Below are positions 55,966 through 63,793 of a DNA stretch of 64,000 bases, in pieces. Made by a program: the position numbers and the translations under genes. Below the pieces are notes generated by a model that was not told the origin of the DNA, searched no databases, and worked only from the letters and a program-made list of their open reading frames with translations. The DNA is taken from the NCBI GenBank assembly GCA_051648485.1, contig JBOFFH010000144.1, positions 2,042 through 66,041 of the forward strand, read 5' to 3'. Source of the stretch: Fusobacteriaceae bacterium (GTDB lineage Bacteria > Fusobacteriota > Fusobacteriia > Fusobacteriales > Fusobacteriaceae). Within the stretch, counting starts at the first letter, position 1; every line of letters begins with the position of its first letter.

Positions 55966-58314
55966 TTAGTTAGGATTTAAAACATAATTTGTAAGTTCAT
56001 TTACAAACTCTCTAGTTTTTCCATTTTTATCATTTACCGGATTAAATTCTACTATATCCACAGAAGTTACAAAGTAATTCTTAAATATAAATTTAAATGT
56101 TTGGAACATCTCTTCAGGAGTGAATCCGTTTCTTACTGGCGTACTTACTCCAGGAGCAAACTCAGGATCAACCGAATCTACATCAAAACTTATGTGAACT
56201 TCATCCACTTGTAAGTAATCTTTAATCTCATCTAAAATTACCTCTAAGCCTTTATGAATAACTTCGTCATAACTTATATATTTAACTCCAAGTTCATCCA
56301 TAAATTCACGTTCTTTATGATCTAAATCACGTGCTCCTAAAACTACCACATTTTTACTTTCTATTTTAGCACCTTCATAAAAACAGTTTACTAAATCACG
56401 GTCTCCATATCCTTGAAGAAGAGCCAAAGGCATTCCATGAATATTTCCAGACGTTGTTATTTCATCTGTATTCATATCCCCGTGAGCATCTATCCAGATA
56501 ACTCCTATCTCTTTCTCTAATGCAACTCCAGATATACTTCCTAAAGCTATTGAATGATCTCCTCCTATTGTTATAGGACGATATCCATCTCTTACTGCTT
56601 GATTTACTTGTTGTGCTAATTTTTCACAAGTATGCAATATCGTATTTTTATATTTTAAATTCCAATCATTGAAGTTTTCTTTTTGTTTCTCCACATCAAT
56701 TATTGTCATTTCATCAAATGTATCCGGGAAATATTCTTGAAGTACATCTATTGAGAACTCAATTCCCGCTTTATTAGCACCCAAGTTCATAGGAACTCCA
56801 AACATTACACTTTTCATTTTTTCAGTGTATATATAAACAGCATCTTCCTCTTCAATTACATTTATGTTTATTAAATCAGGGTCTTCCATGCCTTGAATAT
56901 GAAGTTTAGCATCTTTCAAATCACTAATATAATCTATTGTTTCACGAGTTATACGTTCTCCTGGAACAATAATAGGAATCCCTGGAGGATAAGCCATTAT
57001 CAATTCACCTGAAATTTTACCTTCACTTTCTTCAAAAAGTATTTTATTTTTTTCAGAATAGAAAGCTTCTCTTGGAATTAAAACTAATTCAGGTATAGCA
57101 GGCATTTTTAAAAGCTCTCTATCTATTTTTCTGCCTTGCTCATAAAATCTGTTACTGATATCTTTTAATGCTGCTAAAAGTATTTCTATACTTTCTTCTG
57201 TATCTCCTATAGTTATAAGTCCCAGAACATTATAAAAATCTGAAAGTTCCATTTGAATGTTATAGTCATCTACAAGAAGTGTTTCTAATTCAAACCCTGT
57301 GATTCCCATTTCTTTAGCTGAAATAGTTATTTTTGTGGTATCAAAAGCAAAAATACCTTCACGCCCCAATATCTCTTTTCCAAAAGAATACATTCCTGGT
57401 ATTCTATTTATTTCAGCTCTTAAATAATTAGCAAGTTTTATTGTTTTATCTAACAACTCACGTCCTTCTGTAGCTATATGTCTTCTAGCACAATCTATCG
57501 ATGCAAGTAGTGGATATGATGGAGATGTAGTCTGAAGTAAACTAAGTATTTGCTGCACACGATTTACATCTATTCTATCAGAATTAACATGTAATAATGA
57601 CATTTGAGTCAAAGCTCCCAAAATTTTGTGGGTACTTTGTGCACACATATCTACACCAACATCTACTGCTGAAACTGGTAAATCATCATGAAAATGTAAG
57701 TGTGGCCCATGAGCCTCATCAACTATAATTGGTATATCATATGAATGAACTATATCTGTTATTTTTTTTAAATCTGTTGCTATACCATAATAAGTTGGAT
57801 TTATTAACAATACAGCTTTTATATCCGGATGTTGCTTAAGCATAGTTTCTACCGTTTGAGGCTTAACACCATGAGCTATTCCCAAATTTTCATCTATCTC
57901 TGGATTCATGTACACTGGTATAGCTCCACTTAAAGTGATTCCAGCCGATACTGATTTGTGAACATTTCTTGGCACAAGAATTTTTTCCCCAGAATTAACA
58001 ACTGCCATTATCATGGTTTGAATTGCTCCTGAAGTTCCATTTACTGCAAAAAAACTCTTTTTTACTCCATAAGCATCTGCTACTAATTCTTGAGCTTCTT
58101 TTATACAACTTTTCGGTTGATGAAGTCCGTCAACCATTTTAAAGATAGTCACATCTATTGAAAAAATTCCATTTCCCATAAATTCGTAGTATTCAGGATC
58201 TACTCCTTTTCCTCTTTTATGCCCTGGAACATGAAATGGGGTTATATCTCTTCCCGCGTATACGTCTTTTAAAGTTGAAAAAATTGGCGTTTTTTGTTGG
58301 TCTAGCTTTGACAT
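55966..58314 (-). CDS. Fusion protein: Orn/Lys/Arg decarboxylase (PLP, OKR_DC_1 type) N-terminal, arginase-family ureohydrolase C-terminal
   Basis: The N-terminal roughly 490 aa has FHVPGHKRG, NGTSGA, DEAHG and the PLP-Lys context QSTHK. The C-terminal roughly 290 aa has GGDHSIALG, DAHGDMNT...SGNIHGMPLA and SFDVDSVDP, an arginase Mn-ligand ladder of RocF type. Confidence 0.85.
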   Translation of the reverse strand: MSKLDQQKTPIFSTLKDVYAGRDITPFHVPGHKRGKGVDPEYYEFMGNGIFSIDVTIFKMVDGLHQPKSCIKEAQELVADAYGVKKSFFAVNGTSGAIQTMIMAVVNSGEKILVPRNVHKSVSAGITLSGAIPVYMNPEIDENLGIAHGVKPQTVETMLKQHPDIKAVLLINPTYYGIATDLKKITDIVHSYDIPIIVDEAHGPHLHFHDDLPVSAVDVGVDMCAQSTHKILGALTQMSLLHVNSDRIDVNRVQQILSLLQTTSPSYPLLASIDCARRHIATEGRELLDKTIKLANYLRAEINRIPGMYSFGKEILGREGIFAFDTTKITISAKEMGITGFELETLLVDDYNIQMELSDFYNVLGLITIGDTEESIEILLAALKDISNRFYEQGRKIDRELLKMPAIPELVLIPREAFYSEKNKILFEESEGKISGELIMAYPPGIPIIVPGERITRETIDYISDLKDAKLHIQGMEDPDLININVIEEEDAVYIYTEKMKSVMFGVPMNLGANKAGIEFSIDVLQEYFPDTFDEMTIIDVEKQKENFNDWNLKYKNTILHTCEKLAQQVNQAVRDGYRPITIGGDHSIALGSISGVALEKEIGVIWIDAHGDMNTDEITTSGNIHGMPLALLQGYGDRDLVNCFYEGAKIESKNVVVLGARDLDHKEREFMDELGVKYISYDEVIHKGLEVILDEIKDYLQVDEVHISFDVDSVDPEFAPGVSTPVRNGFTPEEMFQTFKFIFKNYFVTSVDIVEFNPVNDKNGKTREFVNELTNYVLNPN

Positions 58315-58637
58315 TTTACCTCCTTGGTTTAACCGTTTAATACTTAAACAGCTTTTTTTATTTTATTTTATTGACTCGTATTCTATTCTACACTATTTTA
58401 TATAGAAATATCCAATTTATTATCTTTTTTTTAAAAAAATAATTTAAAATAGTTTATACAAATACGATGAATTATATTGTTTTTTCAATGTTAAGTCAAT
58501 AAAAAAATCACAAAACTTATAAAAAAATAAAAAAACTAGAATTAAGTTCTAAAGTACTGAAAATTGCACTATTTATAGACGTTTAAACTTATAAAAAAAA
58601 CTATAAAAAAAATATAAATAAAAAAAATATATGACGT

Positions 58638-58666
58638 TTGAATTTTATTCAAATATGTGTTATCAT
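58638..58666 (+). promoter_or_regulatory. Sigma-70 promoter for slyD-rpiB-HIT operon (extended -10)
   Basis: TTGAAT-17 nt-TATCAT with an upstream TGt. The -35 is embedded in the palindrome tttgaat-ttt-attcaaa (58637-58653). Confidence 0.5.
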
Positions 58667-58708
58667 TTATTAAATCAGTAAAAAAAATTAATTAAAGGAG
58701 TGGTAATA

Positions 58709-59197
58709 ATGAGAATAGAAGAAAATAAAGTAGTTACTTTAGATTTTAAAGTTTTTGATAACGACACACAAGAACTTTTAGAGGATACAACTGAATTAGG
58801 AGCATTTTTCTACATTCAAGGTATCGGAGCTTTTATGGATGTTATTGAAAATGTTTTAGAAGGAAATGAAAAAGGATATACTTCAACTATCCTAGTTTCA
58901 CCTGAAGAAGGATATGGAGAATATGATCCTGAGCTTGTAGATACAATGAACCGTGCTGACTTTGAAGAAGAGTTTGACGATATTTACGAAGGAATGGAAT
59001 TTGTTGCTGATATGGATGATGGAACAGAGCAAAACTATGTAATTTCATCTATCGAAGATGAAAATATTACAGTAGATGGAAATCACCCGTTCTCTGGAAG
59101 AAACTTAAGATTTGAAGTTATTGTAACTGATGTTAGAGAAGCTACTGATGAAGAGTTAGAGCATGGACACGTTCACTTCCACGGGTTCGAAAATTAA
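58709..59197 (+). CDS. slyD: FKBP-type peptidyl-prolyl isomerase SlyD-like (with IF insert and short His-rich tail)
   Basis: NKVVTLDFKVFDNDTQELLEDT...YIQG, HPFSGRNLRFEVIVTDVREAT and the tail EHGHVHFHG are present. ATG at 58709 with SD AGGAG. Confidence 0.85.
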   Translation: MRIEENKVVTLDFKVFDNDTQELLEDTTELGAFFYIQGIGAFMDVIENVLEGNEKGYTSTILVSPEEGYGEYDPELVDTMNRADFEEEFDDIYEGMEFVADMDDGTEQNYVISSIEDENITVDGNHPFSGRNLRFEVIVTDVREATDEELEHGHVHFHGFEN

Positions 59198-59209
59198 TTT
59201 GGAGGACAA

Positions 59210-59638
59210 ATGAAAATAGCACTTGGAGCAGATCATGGTGGATTTGAGTTAAAAAATAAAATTAAACATTATTTGGAGCTAAAAAAAATTGAAGTTATCG
59301 ATTTTGGAACTAACTCTGTAGATTCAGTAGATTATCCTTCTTTTGCTAAGCTTGTAGGTAATGCTGTTGTCAATAAAGAAGCTAACTTTGGAATTTTAGT
59401 TTGTGGAACTGGAATAGGAATCTCTATTGCTGCTAATAAAATTTCTGGTGTTAGATGTGCTCTTTGCACTAATACAACTATGGCAAGACTTACTCGTGAG
59501 CACAATGATGCCAACATTATAGCTTTTGGAGAAAGAATAATTGGAGATGTTTTAGCTTTAGAAATGGTTGAAACATTTTTAAATACAAAATTCGAAGGTG
59601 GAAGACATTGTAGAAGAGTTTCTATGATTGAATGCTAG
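59210..59638 (+). CDS. rpiB: Ribose-5-phosphate isomerase B
   Basis: KIALGADHGGFELK, LVCGTGIGISIAANK and NDANI..G.R match RpiB/LacAB motifs. Confidence 0.95.
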   Translation: MKIALGADHGGFELKNKIKHYLELKKIEVIDFGTNSVDSVDYPSFAKLVGNAVVNKEANFGILVCGTGIGISIAANKISGVRCALCTNTTMARLTREHNDANIIAFGERIIGDVLALEMVETFLNTKFEGGRHCRRVSMIEC

Positions 59639-59647
59639 GAGGTTTTT

Positions 59648-59989
59648 ATGAATAGTATATTTACTCGAATAATAAATCGTGAAATTCCAGCCACAATCGT
59701 TTTTGAAAATGAAAAAATTATTGCCATTAAAGATATTAATCCTGCTGCACCAGTTCATATTTTAGTTATCCCTAAAAAAGAGATACCTACTTTAAATGAT
59801 ATTACACTTGAAGATAAAGAGCTTCTAGGAGAAGTTTTTTTAGCTATAGCTGATATTGCAAAAGACTTAAAAATAGCTGACAATGGATACAGAGTGATTG
59901 CCAATTGTAATCATCATGGAGGACAAGAAGTTTTTCATATTCACTTTCACATTTTAGCTGGTGAACCAATAGGAGCTTTAAGAACATAG
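59648..59989 (+). CDS. HIT family protein (histidine triad nucleotide-binding)
   Basis: IF..I...IPA..V.E, AP.H.LVIPK and the histidine triad HIHFHILAG. Confidence 0.9.
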   Translation: MNSIFTRIINREIPATIVFENEKIIAIKDINPAAPVHILVIPKKEIPTLNDITLEDKELLGEVFLAIADIAKDLKIADNGYRVIANCNHHGGQEVFHIHFHILAGEPIGALRT

Positions 59990-60028
59990 AAAAGAGGAAC
60001 CTCAAATTTTTGAGGTTCCTCTTTTTAA
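59990..60028. terminator. Bidirectional terminator between HIT gene and hsp20
   Basis: Perfect 14-bp arms agaggaacctcaaa (59993-60006) and tttgaggttcctct (60009-60022), flanked by A and T runs. Confidence 0.8.
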
Positions 60029-60072
60029 TTACTGCTTTAAATTTTTAATATATTTAAAGCGACTTTCTTTTT

Positions 60073-60489
60073 TTATCCTATAGGAATTTCTTTTGAATTT
60101 TCTGGTGGCATTTCTTTTTTAGGAAGCTTAATTGCCAAAATTCCATTTTCAAAATTTGCTGTTATTTGATCGTGAAGAACATTTTTAGGTATTGCTGTTT
60201 TTCTTTCAAAAGAACTGTAACTATATTCTTTTTTTGAATATTTTTTTTCATTTTGTTCCTTTTTAGATTCACTTTTAAAAGAAATTGAAAGAAATTCATC
60301 TTCTATTTTCACTTTCATATCTTCTTTAGCTATTCCAGGAGCACAAACCTCAACAAGATACTCTTTAGAATCTTCTGAAATATTTACTGCTGGCAATGTA
60401 TTTCTTTTGAATGACTCCAGTGCTTTATTATCCTCAAATACATCCGAAATAAATCCAGAAAACCAATCATTTTTTTTTGTAAGTTGCAT
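60073..60489 (-). CDS. Hsp20/alpha-crystallin family small heat-shock protein
   Basis: PAVNISEDSKEYLVEVCAPGIAKEDMKVKIEDEFLSI....F.R...P and GIL.I.LPK match the alpha-crystallin domain. Confidence 0.9.
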   Translation of the reverse strand: MQLTKKNDWFSGFISDVFEDNKALESFKRNTLPAVNISEDSKEYLVEVCAPGIAKEDMKVKIEDEFLSISFKSESKKEQNEKKYSKKEYSYSSFERKTAIPKNVLHDQITANFENGILAIKLPKKEMPPENSKEIPIG

Positions 60490-60661
60490 AAAAAAACCTC
60501 CTTAATTTTTGTAATATTTTTAAATGAATTAAACAACATTCTCCCCATTATATACGGATGTGCTGAGACAATTCCTTTTTTTCTATATTTTTTTAGCTAG
60601 ACATAAAAGCTATTTATAGTGTAAAATAAATTATTCAATCAGTATTTATCGAGGAGAAAAA

Positions 60662-61111
60662 ATGAAAAAGATTTTAATTTTATTTTTAATTGTATTTTCA
60701 GCTTCTTTTGGAGAAATAGAAGCTTCTATTAAGGAATTCACAAGCTACTATGACAATGGCCAACTTGAAGCAAAAGGAAAGTATATAGATGGAAAAAAAG
60801 TAGGATTTTGGTATATTTTTGATGAAAAGGGTATTTTAAGAGAAGAAATTACTTATATTAATGAAGAAGCTCTTTTCGGAATAAAAACTTTCAATGAAAA
60901 AGGTCTGATTTCTAGTGGTGGTACTATCAAAGAAGGGGTTCAAGAGGGTAAATGGTCATTTTATGACGAACAAGGAAAACTGTTAATAATTATGGAATTT
61001 AAAAATGGAATAAGAGATGGTATTTTTATAGCTTACTCTGAAAAAGGAGTTCCAATTGTAGTTGGTACCTTTGAAAAAAACTCTCTTAAAGAAATTCAAT
61101 CTTTAAAGTAA
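60662..61111 (+). CDS. Secreted MORN-variant repeat protein (YwqK-like)
   Basis: Signal peptide, then repeated G.(K/E)GKxxDGKKVG.W..(F/Y)DE.G motifs (GKYIDGKKVGFWYIFDEKG, GVQEGKWSFYDEQGK, NGIRDGIFIAYSEKG). Confidence 0.6.
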   Translation: MKKILILFLIVFSASFGEIEASIKEFTSYYDNGQLEAKGKYIDGKKVGFWYIFDEKGILREEITYINEEALFGIKTFNEKGLISSGGTIKEGVQEGKWSFYDEQGKLLIIMEFKNGIRDGIFIAYSEKGVPIVVGTFEKNSLKEIQSLK

Positions 61112-61148
61112 AAAAATGAGGCTCTCTCAATTGAGGGCCTCATTTTTT
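61112..61148. terminator. Bidirectional terminator between MORN gene and L,D-transpeptidase-like gene
   Basis: aaaaaatgaggctctctcaattgagggcctcatttttt. Confidence 0.7.
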
Positions 61149-61785
61149 AAATAAATTTTGTTTTATTATGATATTTATAATCAGAACCTACCACATAGAG
61201 AACTGTACCATTTTTTATAATTTCTATTATTTTAGAATTAAGTTCTAAAGGTAAAGCTGGACATCCTAACGTTCTTCCTAAAAATCCATGCTGCAATATA
61301 AATTTTTTACTAACATAATCTGCTCCATGAATTACTATATTTCTACTTTCTGCATTCGAATTTATACCCTCTTCCAATCCTTTTAATCTTAAAGAATAGC
61401 CATAATCTCCATAATAAGTATTACCAGTCACAAAAAATCCTAAAGAAGTTTTATATGAATTAGGATTATTAGAAAAACTTAAAGTCATATTTTTCCCGCT
61501 ATTTTTTCCGTGTGAAACTAAAGATTCAAAAAGTATTTTTTGATTTTTCAAATCTAAAACATAGAATCTTTCTTTTGTAGAAAGTTTTGTATAGTCTATT
61601 ATTACGATTAAATCATTTTTTTTATTTGATATTTTTTCATATCCTTTTAGAGCATTAGAAAACGTTTCAAAGGTTATTTTGTTCTCTAATTTCATTTTAG
61701 AATATAAAAAATTTAAATTTTCAGAGTTTGAAAATAAATTTGAAAACATGCATACGAAAATAAAAAAATAAATATTTTTTCTCAA
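61147..61785 (-). CDS. Murein L,D-transpeptidase catalytic-domain family protein (YkuD_2-like)
   Basis: Signal peptide. IVIHGADYV....L....GRTLGCPALP carries the catalytic His...Cys arrangement of YkuD-type folds. TTG start with SD GGGAGG. Confidence 0.65.
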   Translation of the reverse strand: MRKNIYFFIFVCMFSNLFSNSENLNFLYSKMKLENKITFETFSNALKGYEKISNKKNDLIVIIDYTKLSTKERFYVLDLKNQKILFESLVSHGKNSGKNMTLSFSNNPNSYKTSLGFFVTGNTYYGDYGYSLRLKGLEEGINSNAESRNIVIHGADYVSKKFILQHGFLGRTLGCPALPLELNSKIIEIIKNGTVLYVVGSDYKYHNKTKFI

Positions 61786-61832
61786 AATTTACCTCCCTAA
61801 ATTACAATTTATCCGATGTAATTTTATCACTT

Positions 61833-62345
61833 TTAATTTTTTTTGTCAATATTTAAAATCTTAAAAACATTATCTTTTCCCATATATTCTTCTAAAATAT
61901 TTTTCAGATTCAACAAATCTTTTTCTCCGTAAACCCTTTTACCTATAGTAAAAACCGGAGCTAATTTGCAAGCACCTATACAAGGAACTTTATTTAAAGA
62001 AAAAACACCATCTAAAGTGTGTTCTCCAATATTTATTCCCAGTATTTCTTTTATTAAAACCTCTACTTTTTTAGGATTTTTTTTCTCACATCTATTTCCC
62101 TTACAAATCAAAATGGAAAAAGTTGCTTTTTTAATTTTTCTAAAATAATTATTTCTTTTGATTATATTTTCTATTTTTTCTTTTTCTAAACTTAATTCTT
62201 CACTTAAAAAGTTTATAACTTTTTCTGGAAGATATCCAAAAACTTCTTGGGAAAAATCTAATACTGTCACCAAATTTTCATTTGGTTTTTCTATTTTTTT
62301 TATAAAGTCTTTAATTTTTTCTTTATCATTTTTTGTTAATTTCAT
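61833..62345 (-). CDS. NuoE/HydC-like thioredoxin-fold [2Fe-2S] ferredoxin (orphan)
   Basis: The N-terminal helical part is LDFSQEVFGYLPEKVINFLSEEL. The Cys ligands are C-x4-C (ICKGNRC) and C-x3-C (CIGACKLAP). The SD GAGGTG overlaps the stop codon of the upstream OLD-like gene. Confidence 0.7.
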   Translation of the reverse strand: MKLTKNDKEKIKDFIKKIEKPNENLVTVLDFSQEVFGYLPEKVINFLSEELSLEKEKIENIIKRNNYFRKIKKATFSILICKGNRCEKKNPKKVEVLIKEILGINIGEHTLDGVFSLNKVPCIGACKLAPVFTIGKRVYGEKDLLNLKNILEEYMGKDNVFKILNIDKKN

Positions 62346-62353
62346 TTTTCACC

Positions 62354-63634
62354 TCAATTTTCATAAATTTTTATAATTTTTTCTTTAAGCTTTTCTGGAA
62401 TACTGTAATCTTGACTCATTACATGTTGTAAAGCTATAAAAGGTTTATTTTTATAATTTTTTCTTTCTCTTTTATGGTTATAAATCTCTTCTTCTATATC
62501 GTTTGAAAACTCTAAATAATTTCCAAATTCGTAATCTATTCCCCGCTGGATTTGCTTATTTTTAACATTTGAATTTTTCAACTCTTCTTTTGTACGCCAA
62601 GCGTGATTATCTTTATCATAAACAACTAAATAATTTATTCTAAAACTATTGAGAAGTTTAGAAAATTGAGGAAGAATACTTTTGCTTCCACACTCAATTA
62701 TGCAGTAATCATACCTAAAAACTTCTAAATTTTCCGCCAAATATCCTAAAAGAATTTTATCAGTTTGTCCCTCCACCAGTATTACTTTTTTACTAAAAAA
62801 AAGTTCCCCTCTGTCACCATTTATCCAATAGTTCATATTGAAATTTTTTACTTCATCTCCTGAAAAAAGATTTCCTCTGTATTGAAAAAAACTACTTCTT
62901 CCTAAACTGTTTTTCGCCATACAAATATCTTTGTATTGTTTTAACCCTACAAATCTACTTGAATGAGTTTCAATAGAAATAAAAATCCCTAATTTGCTGA
63001 GCTTTACTAAGCAATTATACAGTTCTTTTTGTTCTTGAGGATTCAAAAACATTTCAGGATGCTCAAATAAAATATAAATATTTTCTATATTTTTTATTTC
63101 TTTTTCTTCAGTATATTTTAAAAAATTTCTAATATTTTCAAAAAGTAAATTTCTAAAAAGTCCTCTACTCACATACGTATCGTTAAACTCTTTATAACTT
63201 TCAGTCACTTTAAAATCACTAAATCTCATTTTTAACTTTTTTAAAAATAATCCTAAGATTTTAGAATTAAAATCTAAATCTGCTACAACATGAAAAAGAT
63301 TTACAGGCTCTAAAAAATTTTTGTACTCTTCTAAAGTTAAACTCAAATCATTCTTCATATAAACAAAAGGAGAATTTTTATCGTATTTAAAAATTTTCAA
63401 TTCTACAACACTTTTGTTTTGAGTTTCAAAAATCCCTTCTATTCTTAGAGGAGGTACTTGTTCTAAAGATGAGTAATTTATATTTTCATCAGGCTTTAAT
63501 AAAAAATTTAAAGCAGAATTTAAAGCAGACTTTCCACTGTTATTGGCTCCTATCAAAATTAAAAAATTGTCCAATGAAAGATAAGTATATTTTATAGATT
63601 TCCAATTTTCTATTTTTATCCATTTTAATTTCAT
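62354..63634 (-). CDS. OLD-family ATP-dependent nuclease-like protein (ABC-type ATPase plus TOPRIM), compact 426 aa
   Basis: Walker A GANNSGKS, Walker B-like ILFEHPEMFLNP, H-loop ETHS, TOPRIM Glu ILVEGQTDK and acidic motif LVVYDKDNH. The start is trimmed to the ATG at 63634 (SD GGGAG), because the longer ORF start lies inside the -10 box. Confidence 0.7.
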   Translation of the reverse strand: MKLKWIKIENWKSIKYTYLSLDNFLILIGANNSGKSALNSALNFLLKPDENINYSSLEQVPPLRIEGIFETQNKSVVELKIFKYDKNSPFVYMKNDLSLTLEEYKNFLEPVNLFHVVADLDFNSKILGLFLKKLKMRFSDFKVTESYKEFNDTYVSRGLFRNLLFENIRNFLKYTEEKEIKNIENIYILFEHPEMFLNPQEQKELYNCLVKLSKLGIFISIETHSSRFVGLKQYKDICMAKNSLGRSSFFQYRGNLFSGDEVKNFNMNYWINGDRGELFFSKKVILVEGQTDKILLGYLAENLEVFRYDYCIIECGSKSILPQFSKLLNSFRINYLVVYDKDNHAWRTKEELKNSNVKNKQIQRGIDYEFGNYLEFSNDIEEEIYNHKRERKNYKNKPFIALQHVMSQDYSIPEKLKEKIIKIYEN

Positions 63635-63672
63635 TTTTTTCTCCCTATTGCATCTAATCGTAATCCTATTCA

Positions 63673-63701
63673 ATTCTACCTTCTAAAAAAAACGTTGTCA
63701 A
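63673..63701 (-). promoter_or_regulatory. Near-consensus sigma-70 promoter for the OLD-like/NuoE-like pair
   Basis: Minus strand TTGACA (63701-63696), 17 nt, then TAGAAT (63678-63673). Confidence 0.6.
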
Positions 63702-63793
63702 TAAAAAAAGAATTCTAATAATAAGTTAATATTATCAAAATTCTTATAAATTTTATCTGAATTAATTAAATATTTAATTTCTTAGTAACTTTT

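Noticed and set aside
58315-58699. Unusually long (385 bp), extremely A/T-rich spacer with a duplicated aacttataaaaaaa, several A7-A8 tracts and a duplicated gacgttt(a/g)aa. It was considered as oriC, a riboswitch or an sRNA.
   Set aside because: There is no DnaA-box cluster, no conserved riboswitch core that I recognise, and no promoter-plus-terminator pair delimiting an sRNA. The A-tract spacing (12 and 15 bp) is not strictly helical. It is most simply a divergent promoter/UP-element region for slyD and the decarboxylase-arginase gene.
63766-63781. Perfect 16-bp palindrome aattaaatatttaatt just downstream of the SpoIID-like stop.
   Set aside because: It consists only of A and T, so the hairpin would be very weak, and such palindromes are expected by chance at this base composition. 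It is not called as a terminator or operator.
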